A program made the position numbers and the translations under genes. Of a stretch of 64,000 nucleotides of DNA, positions 1-11,180 are shown one piece after another. Each line of letters opens with the position of its first letter. Within the stretch, counting starts at the first letter, position 1. Under the pieces are notes generated by a model. It made no database searches. It was not told where the DNA came from and saw nothing but the letters and a program-made list of their open reading frames with translations. Source of the DNA: an uncultured cyanobacterium (GTDB taxonomy: Bacteria; Cyanobacteriota; Cyanobacteriia; Cyanobacteriales; Cyanobacteriaceae); NCBI GenBank assembly GCA_963710605.1, contig CAVQBA010000004.1:288001-352000 (forward strand). The letters are read 5' to 3'.

Positions 1-350
1 TTCCAGCCGAAGCAATGGCACAATTAAGGGCTAGTATGGATGACCCTAATCCTGTTGTCCATATTGTGGCGGTAATGGCATTAGGGACAATGGGTACACA
101 AGCACTAGATACTTTATTAGACGGTTTAGAAAATAACGAAAGTCTTTCAGTTGGTGTCTCGATTATTAATGCTTTGGGTTCAATTATCGATCCTAAAGCC
201 TTAGAAGTACTTAATGATATTAGTAATGATGAGACCAAAGATGCTTATTTACAACAATCAGCTAAAAGTGCGGCTTCTCGTTTAGAACAAATAACTCAAT
301 TTAAACAAGCTAACGATCGACGTAATTCCAGTGAACAACTAAATAATTGA
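1..350 (+). CDS. cpeZ: Phycoerythrin lyase-associated HEAT-repeat protein CpeZ, C-terminal part (start lies upstream of window)
   Basis: Frame open from window start. DDPNPVVHIVAVMALG...GVSIINALGSI...SAKSAASRLE resembles the CpeZ C-terminus as I recall it; adjacent to cpeY. Confidence 0.75.
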   Translation, partial: PAEAMAQLRASMDDPNPVVHIVAVMALGTMGTQALDTLLDGLENNESLSVGVSIINALGSIIDPKALEVLNDISNDETKDAYLQQSAKSAASRLEQITQFKQANDRRNSSEQLNN

Positions 351-460
351 CAATTGATAATTGACAATTGACAATTAATTCAATTCTCTTTAATTCTTAC
401 TTTCCTATTCCCTATTCTCTATTCCTTATTCTCCATTCTCAATTCTCAATTCTCCATTCG
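346..460. repeat. Heptamer short tandem repeats (CAATTGA-type, then TTCCCTA/TTCTCAA-type)
   Basis: attgacaattgataattgacaattgacaatt starts at the cpeZ stop; degenerate ttcctattccctattctct...ttctcaattctcaattctcc follows. Confidence 0.85.
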
Positions 461-497
461 AGGAATAACCCAACACCTAATTATCAATTTTTAAATC

Positions 498-1763
498 ATG
501 GACAATCGTTTTAGTAGTTTATTTAATATTACTGAAGAAAGAGCGATCGCATTATTACAAACACCTTTAGAAGAATTAGAAGATCAAAGCGATCGATATG
601 CCGCCGCCGCTCATTTGGCTTATTTTAAAAGCGCTCGTAGTATAAATGCTTTAATAGATGCGATCGAAAATTGTGATGAGCAACTTTGTAACCGTATTGC
701 CCGTAGAAAAGCGATCGAAACTTTAGGTAAATTTAAAGCAATTGAAGGTTTAGATGTGATCAGCAATTGTTTAAACGATCCTGATTGTTATACTATAGAA
801 AACTCAGTATGGTCGATCGGTGAAATCGGTACTCAAGATGAGCAAATATTAGAAACCATTACCAAACTGCTAAAAAAACCAAACCAAAATTATCGAGTAA
901 TTATTCAAACTTTAGCTAAACTAAATTATCAACCCGCAGTTGATTCGATGCAACCATTCGTTAAAGATACTGATCAATCTATTGCTAGTTCAGCTATTAG
1001 TGCGATCGCTCGTTTAACAGATGATTATAGTCAAGTTGAGCAAATTGTCACTTTACTTGAATCTGATAGTGTTAATGATAGAAGAGCTTGTATTCAAGAT
1101 CTAATGGATTTAAAATATTATCAAGCCATACCACAAATAGCTTCTTGTCCTGTTTCTTTAGTTTTTCGTTTACGAGCAATTCGTCATTTAGCTACGATCG
1201 CAATTGAAAAAGAGGCTAAAACTTTTAGTGAAATTGAGCCTTATTTAGATCAAGTTATTTTAGATCATCCTGATACTCTTGAATTTGTCCATGAATACGA
1301 TCAACTTCCTAATTTAGAATTTTTGCTTAATGAATTATTTCATACCGATTTTGGACGTTGTTATTTAGGTAGTAAAACATTATTAGACAACTATGCCGAT
1401 GTTTTACCTGAAGAATTAATAACTCTTTATGACAAATCGGCTCGTAATGATTATGGGGCTAATTATCATGTGATGAAATTATTTGGATGGTTAGAATATC
1501 AACCAGCTCAAGATTTGTTGATACAAGCATTAAATAATAAGGCTCCTCAATTTCAAAAATCTCGTGGTGCGGCGGCGATCGCTTTAGCTAATCTAAAAAA
1601 TACTGAGGTTGCTGATTTATTGCAAAAGAATCTACAAACAAATATATTCGATCTGCAATATGCTTGTTTATTAGCGTTACAAAAATTAGGTATTGAGGTT
1701 GAGGATGGCAATCTTGAAAATGCCGATCTTTTAATTAAAGCAAAAGCAAGTTCTATCAATTAA
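498..1763 (+). CDS. cpeY: Phycoerythrobilin lyase CpeY
   Basis: 421 aa HEAT protein with MDNRF..LFNITEERAIALL, CPVSLVFRLR, TDFGRCYL, NDYGANYHV, PQFQKSR, matching CpeY as recalled. Confidence 0.9.
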   Translation: MDNRFSSLFNITEERAIALLQTPLEELEDQSDRYAAAAHLAYFKSARSINALIDAIENCDEQLCNRIARRKAIETLGKFKAIEGLDVISNCLNDPDCYTIENSVWSIGEIGTQDEQILETITKLLKKPNQNYRVIIQTLAKLNYQPAVDSMQPFVKDTDQSIASSAISAIARLTDDYSQVEQIVTLLESDSVNDRRACIQDLMDLKYYQAIPQIASCPVSLVFRLRAIRHLATIAIEKEAKTFSEIEPYLDQVILDHPDTLEFVHEYDQLPNLEFLLNELFHTDFGRCYLGSKTLLDNYADVLPEELITLYDKSARNDYGANYHVMKLFGWLEYQPAQDLLIQALNNKAPQFQKSRGAAAIALANLKNTEVADLLQKNLQTNIFDLQYACLLALQKLGIEVEDGNLENADLLIKAKASSIN

Positions 1764-1832
1764 TAATTAATACAGTAATTATTAGTGTTGTGAATTACAT
1801 ATCGATCCCCCTAAATCCCCCGAGCCCACGGG

Positions 1833-3046
1833 CAGGGCTGTTTCATTCTTAAATTTTTGAAATAAAAATAGCGTTCAATCAAGATAAAATTAAATCGATC
1901 GTTCGCTATTACTCAAAAGTCTAAAAATAATGATTAACAGTCTAATACTTAAACTAAAATCTGTCAAAGATTATCGACAAAATAAGGGGAAAAGACATGA
2001 GCTATGGGTTATTTTAACCATAGTTATATTAGGAAATATGTTAGGTTTTCATAGTTATCGTGCCTTGGGAGATTTTACTTGTTTTTATCAAAAACAATTA
2101 TATAATCTTTTGAAAGTTAGTTATTCAAAAATGCCATCTTATTCTACTATTAGAAGAGTAATGAACTCTTTAGATACCAGTAATTTAATCTCTGTTTTTA
2201 ATCAATGGGCAGAGTCACTAATTTTAGATAGTGAGCAAAATAATTTCTACTCTATTGATGGTAAAACTCTCAGAAATACATTAACTAATACTTTTAATTA
2301 TCAGCAAAATTTTTTAGTGTTTATCTCTTTATTTTGTCAAGAAACTGGCTTAGTTTTAAAAATACAAGATTATGAAAATAAGAAAAGTTCCGAGATTAAA
2401 AAAACTCAGAAGCTAATAGAAACAACGAATATACGTAATTCAGTTTTGAGCTTGGATGCACTTCATTGCCAAAAAGAGACGACTAAAAAAATAATAGAAA
2501 AAGGTAATGATTATCTAATTACTGTCAAAAAAAATCAACGTTCATTATATAAATATTTAGAAAATATAAGTAAAACAGAAAAGAGTTTTGACCAAGCTAT
2601 TACCTTTGATAAAAGTCATGGAAGAAAAATAGAAAGAAAAGTATCTGTTTGGGAAAATCAAGAAAATCAAGCTGATACGATCGTTAATAAATTTAGTAAG
2701 GTGAAAAGTTTAATAAAAGTAGAAAGAAAGGGAATAAGAGGAAAGAAAAAATATGAACAAATAGTTTATTATATTAGTAGTAAAAAAGAAAAAGCCGAAA
2801 GTGTTTTAGAAAAAATACAAGGACATTGGAAAATAGAAAATCAACTACACTGGGTAAAAGATGTAGTCATGGAAGAAGATCGATCATTAATTAAAAATAA
2901 AAATGCCGCCTCAAATATATCGGTATTAAAAACTATCGGGATTAATCTTTTTAGACTATTAAATTTTACCTCAATAACAAAAGGGCGTAGGTGGCTATCA
3001 GCAAGGCTTTCCAATCTTTTTTACTGTCTAGAATGAAACAGCCCTG
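1833..3046 (+). mobile_element. ISAs1-family insertion sequence (1214 bp)
   Basis: Terminal inverted repeats CAGGGCTGTTTCATTC / GAATGAAACAGCCCTG; flanked by direct repeat CCGAGCCCACGGG at 1820-1832 and 3047-3059; intact transposase inside. Confidence 0.95.
1930..3036 (+). CDS. ISAs1-family DDE transposase
   Basis: Motifs SIDGKTLR, LDALHCQK, DYLITVKKNQ, HWKIENQLHWVKDV; stop codon lies inside the right IR. Confidence 0.95.
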   Translation: MINSLILKLKSVKDYRQNKGKRHELWVILTIVILGNMLGFHSYRALGDFTCFYQKQLYNLLKVSYSKMPSYSTIRRVMNSLDTSNLISVFNQWAESLILDSEQNNFYSIDGKTLRNTLTNTFNYQQNFLVFISLFCQETGLVLKIQDYENKKSSEIKKTQKLIETTNIRNSVLSLDALHCQKETTKKIIEKGNDYLITVKKNQRSLYKYLENISKTEKSFDQAITFDKSHGRKIERKVSVWENQENQADTIVNKFSKVKSLIKVERKGIRGKKKYEQIVYYISSKKEKAESVLEKIQGHWKIENQLHWVKDVVMEEDRSLIKNKNAASNISVLKTIGINLFRLLNFTSITKGRRWLSARLSNLFYCLE

Positions 3047-3059
3047 CCGAGCCCACGGG

Positions 3060-3221
3060 GGGCTAATTCATTCTCGGAAGGAGAAAATAGCTAGAAGCTA
3101 TTATTCCTATACGATCGAGCGACTTAGATACATGATCGTTTTACTATTAGAAAAAAACAGCTACATTTACTGCTATTTCTTAGTTGTAAAAATTACAAAA
3201 TTTAAGAATGAAACAGCCCTG
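3060..3221 (-). mobile_element. 162-bp non-autonomous ISAs1-type mini-element, inverted relative to the full IS
   Basis: Ends GGGCTAATTCATTCTC (degenerate) and TTTAAGAATGAAACAGCCCTG (reverse complement of the IS left end); third CCGAGCCCACGGG at 3222-3234. Confidence 0.8.
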
Positions 3222-3336
3222 CCGAGCCCACGGGGGACTTGCAAATATAAATCTTACGTTACAAATTTGAGAAATACTATAATTAGTAATTTTTTATTGT
3301 TATTTATTTGCACCTTAACCATTTACAAATTAAATT

Positions 3337-3909
3337 ATGTTAAGCCAAAGAGCAAAAGAATTAATTCCTAAAGCAAGAATATTTACTACGACTACGATTA
3401 AAGACAAATATCCATCGTCTGTAGTTGATACTTTTCAACAAGCGGATGATAATGGTCAATATTTAAGTGATGATGATATTGAAAACATTCGTAAACATCA
3501 ACCTCAATTAAGTGATAATCTCGATCGTGCGATCGTTTTGAGAGATAATGCAACACAAATAGTAGAACAAGCTAGAAAAGACGTATTAGCCCAATTCCCA
3601 GGTATTAACGAACCAGGGGGTGGACTTTATCCCCCTGTAAGGGCAGAAGCCTGTTGGCGAGATTTTTGGCATTTTTTGCGTTGTATTAGTTATGGTGTTG
3701 CAGGAGAAATTACTAATTTCACATCACAAGAGGGTTTAAAAAATATGGAGTTACTTTATCAAGAGTTACAAGTACCTTTAAGTGCAATGGTAGTTGGTTT
3801 AAAAAATTTACGCAAATATAGCTTAGACCAATATTCTTCCTCTGACGAACGATCGGCGATTTCTCCTTATTTCGATCATTTAATCAGACAAATGAAACAA
3901 TTCGTTTGA
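3337..3909 (+). CDS. Phycobiliprotein-like protein (allophycocyanin-like, AplA-type)
   Basis: FQQADDNGQYLS, EPGGGLYP, EACWRDFWHFLRCISYG, LYQELQVPL: phycobiliprotein fold with bilin-binding Cys and an N-terminal extension. Confidence 0.75.
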   Translation: MLSQRAKELIPKARIFTTTTIKDKYPSSVVDTFQQADDNGQYLSDDDIENIRKHQPQLSDNLDRAIVLRDNATQIVEQARKDVLAQFPGINEPGGGLYPPVRAEACWRDFWHFLRCISYGVAGEITNFTSQEGLKNMELLYQELQVPLSAMVVGLKNLRKYSLDQYSSSDERSAISPYFDHLIRQMKQFV

Positions 3910-4028
3910 TAATCAATAATTAATAATTAATAATACTTATTTTTAGTTGCGTAGTTAGGCGAATTTATAAACACATATTTTTAAGATAGCTAATAGCTAA
4001 CCGCTAAAAATGAGACAGTTAATGCACT

Positions 4029-4190
4029 TATAGTTAATTAAAATAAAAATGAGACAATTTGAAGATTCTTTCTTTGAGTTTAATTCATTAAACGGTATCT
4101 GTTAGCCTTGACAATTTATACCCAAGGTGGGTTTTATGTTTTTCTTTTTAATATTATTTATGCTGTTTCAAACTTAATTTAAACAACTAT
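4029..4190 (-). mobile_element. MITE-like repeat family C, full copy (~162 bp)
   Basis: Imperfect TIRs TATAGTT...TGAGAC and a two-hairpin core; related copies at 14574, 17919, 40587, 51168. Confidence 0.7.
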
Positions 4191-4301
4191 GGCTCTTATT
4201 ATTATTCATTATTAATTATTGATGAAGTTAGCCTTATAACAATACAACTTCGATCGTATTTGATATAAAAAAATATTAAGATTAGGATTAAATTATTGGT
4301 T

Positions 4302-4368
4302 GTTGGGTTTCGCTTTTATTCTATTTACCGTATAAGAATCAAAGTTTTTAAGGCTCAACCCAACCTAC
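4302..4368 (-). repeat. GTAG-type REP-like element with 40-nt loop insert
   Basis: Reverse complement reads GTAGGTTGGGTTGAG-N40-GCGAAACCCAAC. Confidence 0.75.
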
Positions 4369-4403
4369 TGTAGTACTCATCTTTTATTGTCAACTCTTAA
4401 CTC

Positions 4404-5060
4404 TTAACTTTTAACTCTTAAAGCAGCCTCAACTACTCGTCGATCGGGATCTTGTTTTAGTTGTTCAAAAGCCTGTGTTGCCGAAGGATTATCAAAATTA
4501 GCAACCGCTTGTACTACTCGTGAGCGAATCCGCCATGATTTATGATTGACCATTGAAAGTAACAATTCAAGTGCCTCTTTTTCTTTGTTGGTATTAGCAA
4601 AAGAAGCCAAACAGCTAATACTATTTTCTCTGACGCTTTCGTCTTCTCCTTCTAAACCACATAAACAAACATCAAATAATTCGTTAGGGCAATTCAACTC
4701 CATCAAAGCCGCTAAAATACTTAAACGAACTAACCAAGCAGAGTCTTGGTAAAATGCTTGCTGTAGATGAGGAATAGAAATTTCGCCAAAGAATGAAAGT
4801 GAATTAGAAGCTTCTGCTCGAACATTAGTATCTCGATCGAGTTTCATCATTTCGAGTAAAGCCGCAAAAGATTCTGCTGTTTTGTTTTTACCTAATCCCA
4901 TAGCGACAAAAGAGCGAACTAAAAATTTTTCATCTTTTTTAGATTTGAGTAACAAAGGGATAGATACTTCTTCAGGATATGATTTGAGAGCTTTAATGGC
5001 ATCTAATCGATCGTGCATATCATCAGAAGCTAATTGATCTTTAATTTGAGTTATATCCAT
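4404..5060 (-). CDS. HEAT-repeat / PBS-lyase-like protein (NblB-like)
   Basis: Tandem HEAT motifs (FLVRSFVAMGLG, TNVRAEASNSL, WLVRLSILAAL, WRIRSRVVQAV); 218 aa. Confidence 0.7.
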   Translation of the reverse strand: MDITQIKDQLASDDMHDRLDAIKALKSYPEEVSIPLLLKSKKDEKFLVRSFVAMGLGKNKTAESFAALLEMMKLDRDTNVRAEASNSLSFFGEISIPHLQQAFYQDSAWLVRLSILAALMELNCPNELFDVCLCGLEGEDESVRENSISCLASFANTNKEKEALELLLSMVNHKSWRIRSRVVQAVANFDNPSATQAFEQLKQDPDRRVVEAALRVKS

Positions 5061-5166
5061 TCTTTATTAAAGTTTTTTAACTTTTACTTTACTTAAGATT
5101 ATCTTATTTGGCAAGATATTAAGTTATATTCAAAGTTTTATCAACAAAAATTAGGTATTGAGATAA

Positions 5167-5382
5167 ATGACACAAGGAGCAAACCAGCCAGCGTCAACCG
5201 AAGACATTAAGGCAGTTACGATCGAATTAGAAACATATCGCCAAAGATTAATTGATGATATTATCCAGATGGGTAAGAAAATTAAAATGTCAAAAAAGAA
5301 AGTTGAGCAACATATCAACAATCATCCTGAAATTCAAAAAATAGATTTAGTTCTTGAACAATTGCGTTCTCAAGCTGAATAA
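5167..5382 (+). CDS. Small helical hypothetical protein
   Basis: 71-aa ORF with ATG start, protein-like composition and a downstream terminator. Confidence 0.7.
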   Translation: MTQGANQPASTEDIKAVTIELETYRQRLIDDIIQMGKKIKMSKKKVEQHINNHPEIQKIDLVLEQLRSQAE

Positions 5383-5503
5383 TTTTTGTAAGTTTTATCT
5401 CAAGATCTTAATAATCAGCTAATATATTTATTGTTATCTAAAGTATTAATTTTATCCGCTTAATATTATTTTTTTAATCCATTTTATAATCAGTATTATT
5501 AAC

Positions 5504-5527
5504 AGGGGGAATAACCCCCTTTTTTTA
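5504..5527 (+). terminator. Intrinsic terminator
   Basis: AGGGGG-AATAA-CCCCCT followed by a T run. Confidence 0.6.
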
Positions 5528-5701
5528 TGTTTTGTTGCCTTCTTTTTTGCTCAGATTTAGTATTGAATAAAGACGAAAATTAGAATGTTTTTTACTTTCT
5601 TTCACCCCTTGTTACGAAAGAAGAGAATTTGATCAAAACCTTAGTTAAACAGAGTTGATTACTGTACAACTGACAAAAATCGATTATCAATTATTGATTA
5701 A

Positions 5702-7675
5702 TTAATTTCCTTCTCTAAGTTTGTCTAATACAGAACGATCTTCTAAAGTCGAAGTATCACCTTGTACCTCTTTTCCCGCGGCAAGGTTACGTAACAGGCG
5801 ACGCATAATTTTACCCGATCGAGTTTTGGGCATACCGTCAGTAAAGCGTATTTCACCAGGACGAGCGATCGCACCTATTTCGGCAGTAACGTGTTTTTTA
5901 AGAGTTTTAACCAACTCATCATCACCTTCATAACCACCTTCTAGGGTCACAAAAGCAAAAATTTCTTCCCCTTTAAGATCATCAGGTTTACCCACAACCG
6001 CCGCTTCAGCTACCGCAGGATGAGACACCAATGCAGATTCAATTTCCATCGTACCTAAACGGTGTCCAGAAACATTGATAACGTCATCAGTACGTCCCAT
6101 TACCCAAAAGTATCCATCCTCGTCTTTACGTGCACCATCCCCCGCAAAATAAAGGTATTTACCATCTTTAGGAGCAATATGTTCCCAATAAGTACGACGG
6201 AAACGATCGTCATCACCATAAACAGTACGCATCATCCCCGGCCATGGATGTTTAACGACCAAATAACCACCCTGATTTGCTTCTACAGAATTACCATCTA
6301 AATCCACAATATCAGCTAAAATACCGGGAAATGGATGAGTAGCAGAACCGGGTTTTGTGGGAGTTGCACCCGGAATAGGCGTAATCATCACCCCTCCTGT
6401 TTCGGTTTGCCACCATGTATCAACGATCGGGCAACGTTCCCCACCAATCACTTTGTGATACCACATCCAAGCTTCTGGGTTAATCGGTTCACCAACAGTA
6501 CCTAATAGACGCAGAGAAGACAAATCACGGGCATTAGGATGCTCTTCTCCCATTTTGATAAAAGCACGAATAGCAGTCGGGGCAGTATAAAAGATATTGA
6601 CACCATATTTTTCAACCACATCCCAAAAACAACCTAAATTAGAAGGGCGAGGTACACCTTCATACATAACAGTGGTTGCCCCATTAGAAAGAGGTCCATA
6701 AACAATATAACTATGACCTGTAATCCAACCTACATCGGCAGTACACCAAAAAACATCATTGTCTTTAAGATCAAAAATCCATTTAGTGGTCATATGAGAG
6801 TAAAGATTATAACCCCCTGTGGTGTGAACGACACCTTTTGGTTTGCCCGTACTACCACTGGTATAAAGAACAAATAGCATATCTTCGCTATCCATCGGCT
6901 GGGCAGGGCAATCAGCAGAGGCATCTACTTGTAATTCGTGCCACCAATAATCTCTACCTTCAGTCATTGTTATTTCTTGTTTGGTGCGTTGAACAACTAA
7001 AACATTCTCAACACTAGGGGCTTGATTATCAGCTAAGGCTAGATCGACTTGTTCTTTTAAAGCAATTGTTTTGTCTTTACGGAAACCACCATCGGCGGTA
7101 ATAACTAGTTTGGCTGAGGCTGAATTTAATCTGTCTCTGAGGGCTTCGGCACTAAAACCACCAAAGACAACACTATGAGCGGCACCAATTCTGGCACAAG
7201 CTAACATAGCGATCGCCGCTTCGGGTATCATCGGCATATAAACACCGACGATATCTCCTTTTTTCACTCCTAAATCTTTAAGCACATTAGCAAACTGACA
7301 GACTTCTCGATGGAGTTGAGCATAGGTAATAGTACGACTGTCACCTGGCTCACCTTCCCAGATGATAGCGGCTTTGTTACGTCGCCATGTAGTTAAGTGA
7401 CGATCTAAACAATTATAGGAAATATTTATTTTACCGTTAACAAACCATTTAGCAAAAGGAGGGTTACTCCAGTCTAATACTTGATCCCATTTTTCAAACC
7501 AGTCTAATTCTTTTTCGGCTAATTCTGCCCAAAACTGAGTCGGGTTTTCTTTGGCTTTTTGATATAAGTCTTGATATTCTTGCCAATTTTTGATTAGTGC
7601 TTGCTCGGCAAATTCATTCGGAGGGTTAAAGGTTCGTTTTTCTTGTAAGATAGATTCGATCGTGGATTCTGACAT
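5702..7675 (-). CDS. acs: Acetyl-CoA synthetase
   Basis: [14 protein letters not shown]-binding motif, [20 protein letters not shown]. Confidence 0.97.
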   Translation of the reverse strand: MSESTIESILQEKRTFNPPNEFAEQALIKNWQEYQDLYQKAKENPTQFWAELAEKELDWFEKWDQVLDWSNPPFAKWFVNGKINISYNCLDRHLTTWRRNKAAIIWEGEPGDSRTITYAQLHREVCQFANVLKDLGVKKGDIVGVYMPMIPEAAIAMLACARIGAAHSVVFGGFSAEALRDRLNSASAKLVITADGGFRKDKTIALKEQVDLALADNQAPSVENVLVVQRTKQEITMTEGRDYWWHELQVDASADCPAQPMDSEDMLFVLYTSGSTGKPKGVVHTTGGYNLYSHMTTKWIFDLKDNDVFWCTADVGWITGHSYIVYGPLSNGATTVMYEGVPRPSNLGCFWDVVEKYGVNIFYTAPTAIRAFIKMGEEHPNARDLSSLRLLGTVGEPINPEAWMWYHKVIGGERCPIVDTWWQTETGGVMITPIPGATPTKPGSATHPFPGILADIVDLDGNSVEANQGGYLVVKHPWPGMMRTVYGDDDRFRRTYWEHIAPKDGKYLYFAGDGARKDEDGYFWVMGRTDDVINVSGHRLGTMEIESALVSHPAVAEAAVVGKPDDLKGEEIFAFVTLEGGYEGDDELVKTLKKHVTAEIGAIARPGEIRFTDGMPKTRSGKIMRRLLRNLAAGKEVQGDTSTLEDRSVLDKLREGN

Positions 7676-7858
7676 ATATGCTTATTTATTTCAGTTCGAC
7701 TAATTAAATTTAAAATTTAACGTATTTTGCGGAGTCTAACTATTAAATTTTGTGTTTCAATCTTGGTTTGATTAGCAAGAAGTAACGATTAATAATCGGT
7801 AAATTATTCAATATTACCCTCAAACTATTTATTAATCACAATATTAGAAGTCGAATTA

Positions 7859-7963
7859 TATAGCAGTTAACAAGTCACTGAGAACATCTAAATCTAATTC
7901 CCCTCCTTGGTAAGGAGGGGTTAGGGGTGGTTAAAAGTCTTAATCAACTGTTTAAGTACTATA
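7859..7963 (+). repeat. MITE-like repeat family B (TATAG ends, CCCCTCC..GGAGGGGTTAGGGG core)
   Basis: Starts TATAGCAG, ends TACTATA; core recurs at about 18392 and 26979. Confidence 0.7.
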
Positions 7964-8146
7964 GCTGAATAAAAATGTCAAATCGTTTTAAAAAAGCTTT
8001 GAAAAAATTTTAACGTGGTTAATCGGCAAATTTCTACAGCTTAGAGCTTATAGCTCATCATAACTAGGAAAAAACTGTAATAATAATCTGTTTAGTAAGA
8101 TTGCTATATATTTAACTTAATTTAAAAAAAAGGTAACTTAAACAAA

Positions 8147-9118
8147 ATGAATAAAATATTAGTAACTGGAGCGGCTGGTTTTATTGGTTTTCACCTATGT
8201 CAATATTTATTAAAACAAAATCAGCAAGTAGTAGGAATAGATAATCTTAATGATTACTATGATGTTTCTTTAAAAAAATCAAGACTTGAGGAATTAGCAA
8301 TATATGATAACTTTGACTTTCGTTTACTAAACTTGGTTGACACACCCAAAATTGAGCAACTATTTAAACAAGAAAAATTTACAACTGTAGTCAATTTAGC
8401 CGCCCAAGCAGGTGTTCGTTATTCAATCGAAAACCCTCATGTTTACGTGAATAGTAACATCGTCGGTTTTTTGAATATTTTAGAAGGTTGTCGTCATCAT
8501 CAAGTCGAACATCTTGTCTATGCCTCCTCTAGCTCAGTCTATGGTATGAATACTAAAATTCCTTTTAGCACTCAAGATGCGGTTGAAAATCCAATTAGTT
8601 TGTATGCCGCTACTAAAAGATCTAATGAACTAATGGCTTATACTTATAGTCATCTTTACAATCTTAGTGTAACAGGATTAAGATTTTTTACAGTATATGG
8701 TCCTTGGGGACGACCTGATATGGCTTTATTTTTGTTTACCAAAGCAATTTTAGAAGGTAAGCCTATTTCGGTATTTAACTATGGCAAAATGCAAAGAGAT
8801 TTTACTTATATTGACGATATTGTTTTGGGGATTACCAAAGTAATGGAGAGAATACCCACCGTAAATCCTCCTTACAAACTTTATAATATTGGTAATAATC
8901 AACCGATCGAATTACTTAATTTAATTGAAGTATTAGAAAAATCTTTGAATAAAACCGCAGTTAAAGAATTTTTACCAATGCAAGCAGGAGATGTATTAAC
9001 AACTTATGCCGATGTTGATGATTTGATTGCCGATGTCGGTTTTAGCCCGAATACATCGATCGAAATTGGGGTGGCTAATTTTGTTGAGTGGTATAAAAAT
9101 TATTATCAAATTAAATAA
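8147..9118 (+). CDS. NAD-dependent epimerase (UDP-glucuronate 4-epimerase-like)
   Basis: [36 protein letters not shown]. Confidence 0.92.
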   Translation: MNKILVTGAAGFIGFHLCQYLLKQNQQVVGIDNLNDYYDVSLKKSRLEELAIYDNFDFRLLNLVDTPKIEQLFKQEKFTTVVNLAAQAGVRYSIENPHVYVNSNIVGFLNILEGCRHHQVEHLVYASSSSVYGMNTKIPFSTQDAVENPISLYAATKRSNELMAYTYSHLYNLSVTGLRFFTVYGPWGRPDMALFLFTKAILEGKPISVFNYGKMQRDFTYIDDIVLGITKVMERIPTVNPPYKLYNIGNNQPIELLNLIEVLEKSLNKTAVKEFLPMQAGDVLTTYADVDDLIADVGFSPNTSIEIGVANFVEWYKNYYQIK

Positions 9119-9283
9119 AAAACTAATAATTAATTAACAGCAATGATATTGTTATCTATTCACGGTTATCTGTTCACTGTTATTTGTGATGTTGTTATTA
9201 TATAATTGAAAGTTTGTATGACTTTATTAGTCGATCGAAAGAAATTAAGATATTGATATAGATATAGATATAGAAAAACTATT

Positions 9284-11180
9284 ATGCGAACTAATTATTG
9301 TGGTGATTTACGACGAGAACATTTAGATAAGATTGTAACCCTTTATGGTTGGGTCGATCGTCGTCGTGATCATGGTGGCGTTATTTTTATTGATTTACGC
9401 GATCGTTCTGGTATAGTTCAAATAGTTAGCGATCCTCAACGTACTCCCGAATCTTATAATCAAGCTAGTACCCTCAGAAGTGAATATGTAGTCAGAATAA
9501 CAGGTAAGGTATCACAGCGTCCAGACGAATCTCTTAACCCCAAATTACCTACAGGAGAAATAGAGATTTACGCCACAGAAATTGAGACAGTTAATAGTGT
9601 CAGTAAACCATTACCATTCCAAATTTCTAATTTAGAAGAAGAAAACATTAGAGAAGACTTAAGACTAAAATACCGTTACCTTGATTTACGTCGAGAAAGA
9701 ATGAGTAGCAATATTCAACTACGTCATCAGGTAGTTAAAGCAATGCGTCGTTTTTTAGAAGATGAAAAAGATTTTTTAGAAGTAGAAACCCCAATACTAA
9801 CTCGCTCTACTCCTGAAGGGGCGAGAGATTATCTTGTACCCTCAAGAGTTAATCCAGGGCAATGGTACGCTTTACCACAATCTCCTCAGTTGTTTAAACA
9901 ACTATTAATGGTATCTGGTTGCGATCGTTATTATCAAATTGCTCGTTGCTTCCGTGACGAAGATTTACGTGCAGACAGACAACCTGAATTTACTCAGCTA
10001 GATATGGAAATGAGTTTCCTTTCTGAAAACGAGATAATTGAACTCAATGAAGCCTTAGTTTGTCATATCTTCAAACAAGTCAAAAATATCGATTTACCCC
10101 GTCCCTTCCCTCGTTTAACCTACGCAGAATCGATGGATAAATATGGTAGCGATCGACCTGATACTCGTTTTGGTTTAGAATTAGTTGACGTTTCCCAAAT
10201 CGTTAAAGATTCTCCTTTTAAAGTGTTTTCAGGAGCAGTTAAAAACGGTGGTACTGTTAAAGTCTTACCTATCCCTAACGGTAACGATAAAATTTCTAAC
10301 GTCAGAATTAAACCTAAAGGCGACTTATTTAATGAAGCAATAATTGCCGGTGCTAAAGGTATTGCTTTTATCAGAGTTAGAGAAAACAACGAAATTGATA
10401 GCATCGGGGCGATTAAAGATAATTTAACACCCGAACAAAAAGAGCAACTACTAACTCAAACAGGAGCAAAACCGGGAGACTTATTGTTATTCGGTGCAGG
10501 TGAGACTAATACAGTTAACAAATCACTCGATCGATTACGCTTAGTTATCGGTAAAGAATTAGGCTTAATTGACGAAAACAAACTTAACTTTGTCTGGGTG
10601 ACAGAATTCCCCATGTTTGAATGGAATGCCGATGAAAATCGTTATGAAGCACTTCATCACCCTTTCACTGCACCTAATCCTGAAGATGTTGATGATTTAG
10701 CTAATGCAAGAGCGTTAGCTTATGATTTGGTTTTGAATGGAGTAGAAATCGGTGGTGGTAGCTTAAGAATTTATCAAAGAGAAATCCAAGAAAAAGTATT
10801 TTCAACTATTGGGTTATCGGAGGAAGAAGCTCAAAATAAATTTGGTTTCTTACTCGAAGCATTTGAATATGGTACACCTCCTCATGGTGGTAAAGTTGTC
10901 ATGCGTGGGGTAAAAGTGAACAAGAGGCAAGACAAGAATTGCTTATGGTTTGGATAGATTAGTGATGTTACTTGAAGCGGGAAAAATATTACCCAAGAAG
11001 GTTGAAATAGAGTTGCAATTATGCCTTCCACCAAAACTTTAGAAAAAGTAGCAAAAAAATTAGGTTTTAAGAAAGTTCGTCAACAAGCAAGTTGTTTATT
11101 GCAACTCGATGCACGAGCAGGAGTTGATGCCAAGCAATTGAAATAGAATTATCTGTTGCTTCTAATTTTAAATCATTAGG
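9284..11180 (+). CDS. aspS: Aspartate--tRNA ligase; 3' end after codon ~536 is scrambled in this sequence
   Basis: [46 protein letters not shown]. The expected tail ([12 protein letters not shown] at 10938, QQASCLL at 11081, VDAKQLK/ELSVAS to ~11165) is present but broken by foreign segments. Confidence 0.93.
10892..11083 (+). pseudogene. hicB/hicA-like toxin-antitoxin fragments interleaved with the aspS tail
   Basis: [15 protein letters not shown] and [15 protein letters not shown] (HicB-like); [21 protein letters not shown] (HicA-like N-terminus). Confidence 0.6.

Noticed and set aside
2991-3371. 126-aa ORF across the IS end
   Set aside because: It spans IR, target repeats and the mini-element, and has no protein-like features.
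10892-10937. Intron or intein in aspS
   Set aside because: Only 46 nt, not a multiple of 3, with no group I/II or intein features. It translates as HicB-like sequence, and further breaks follow.
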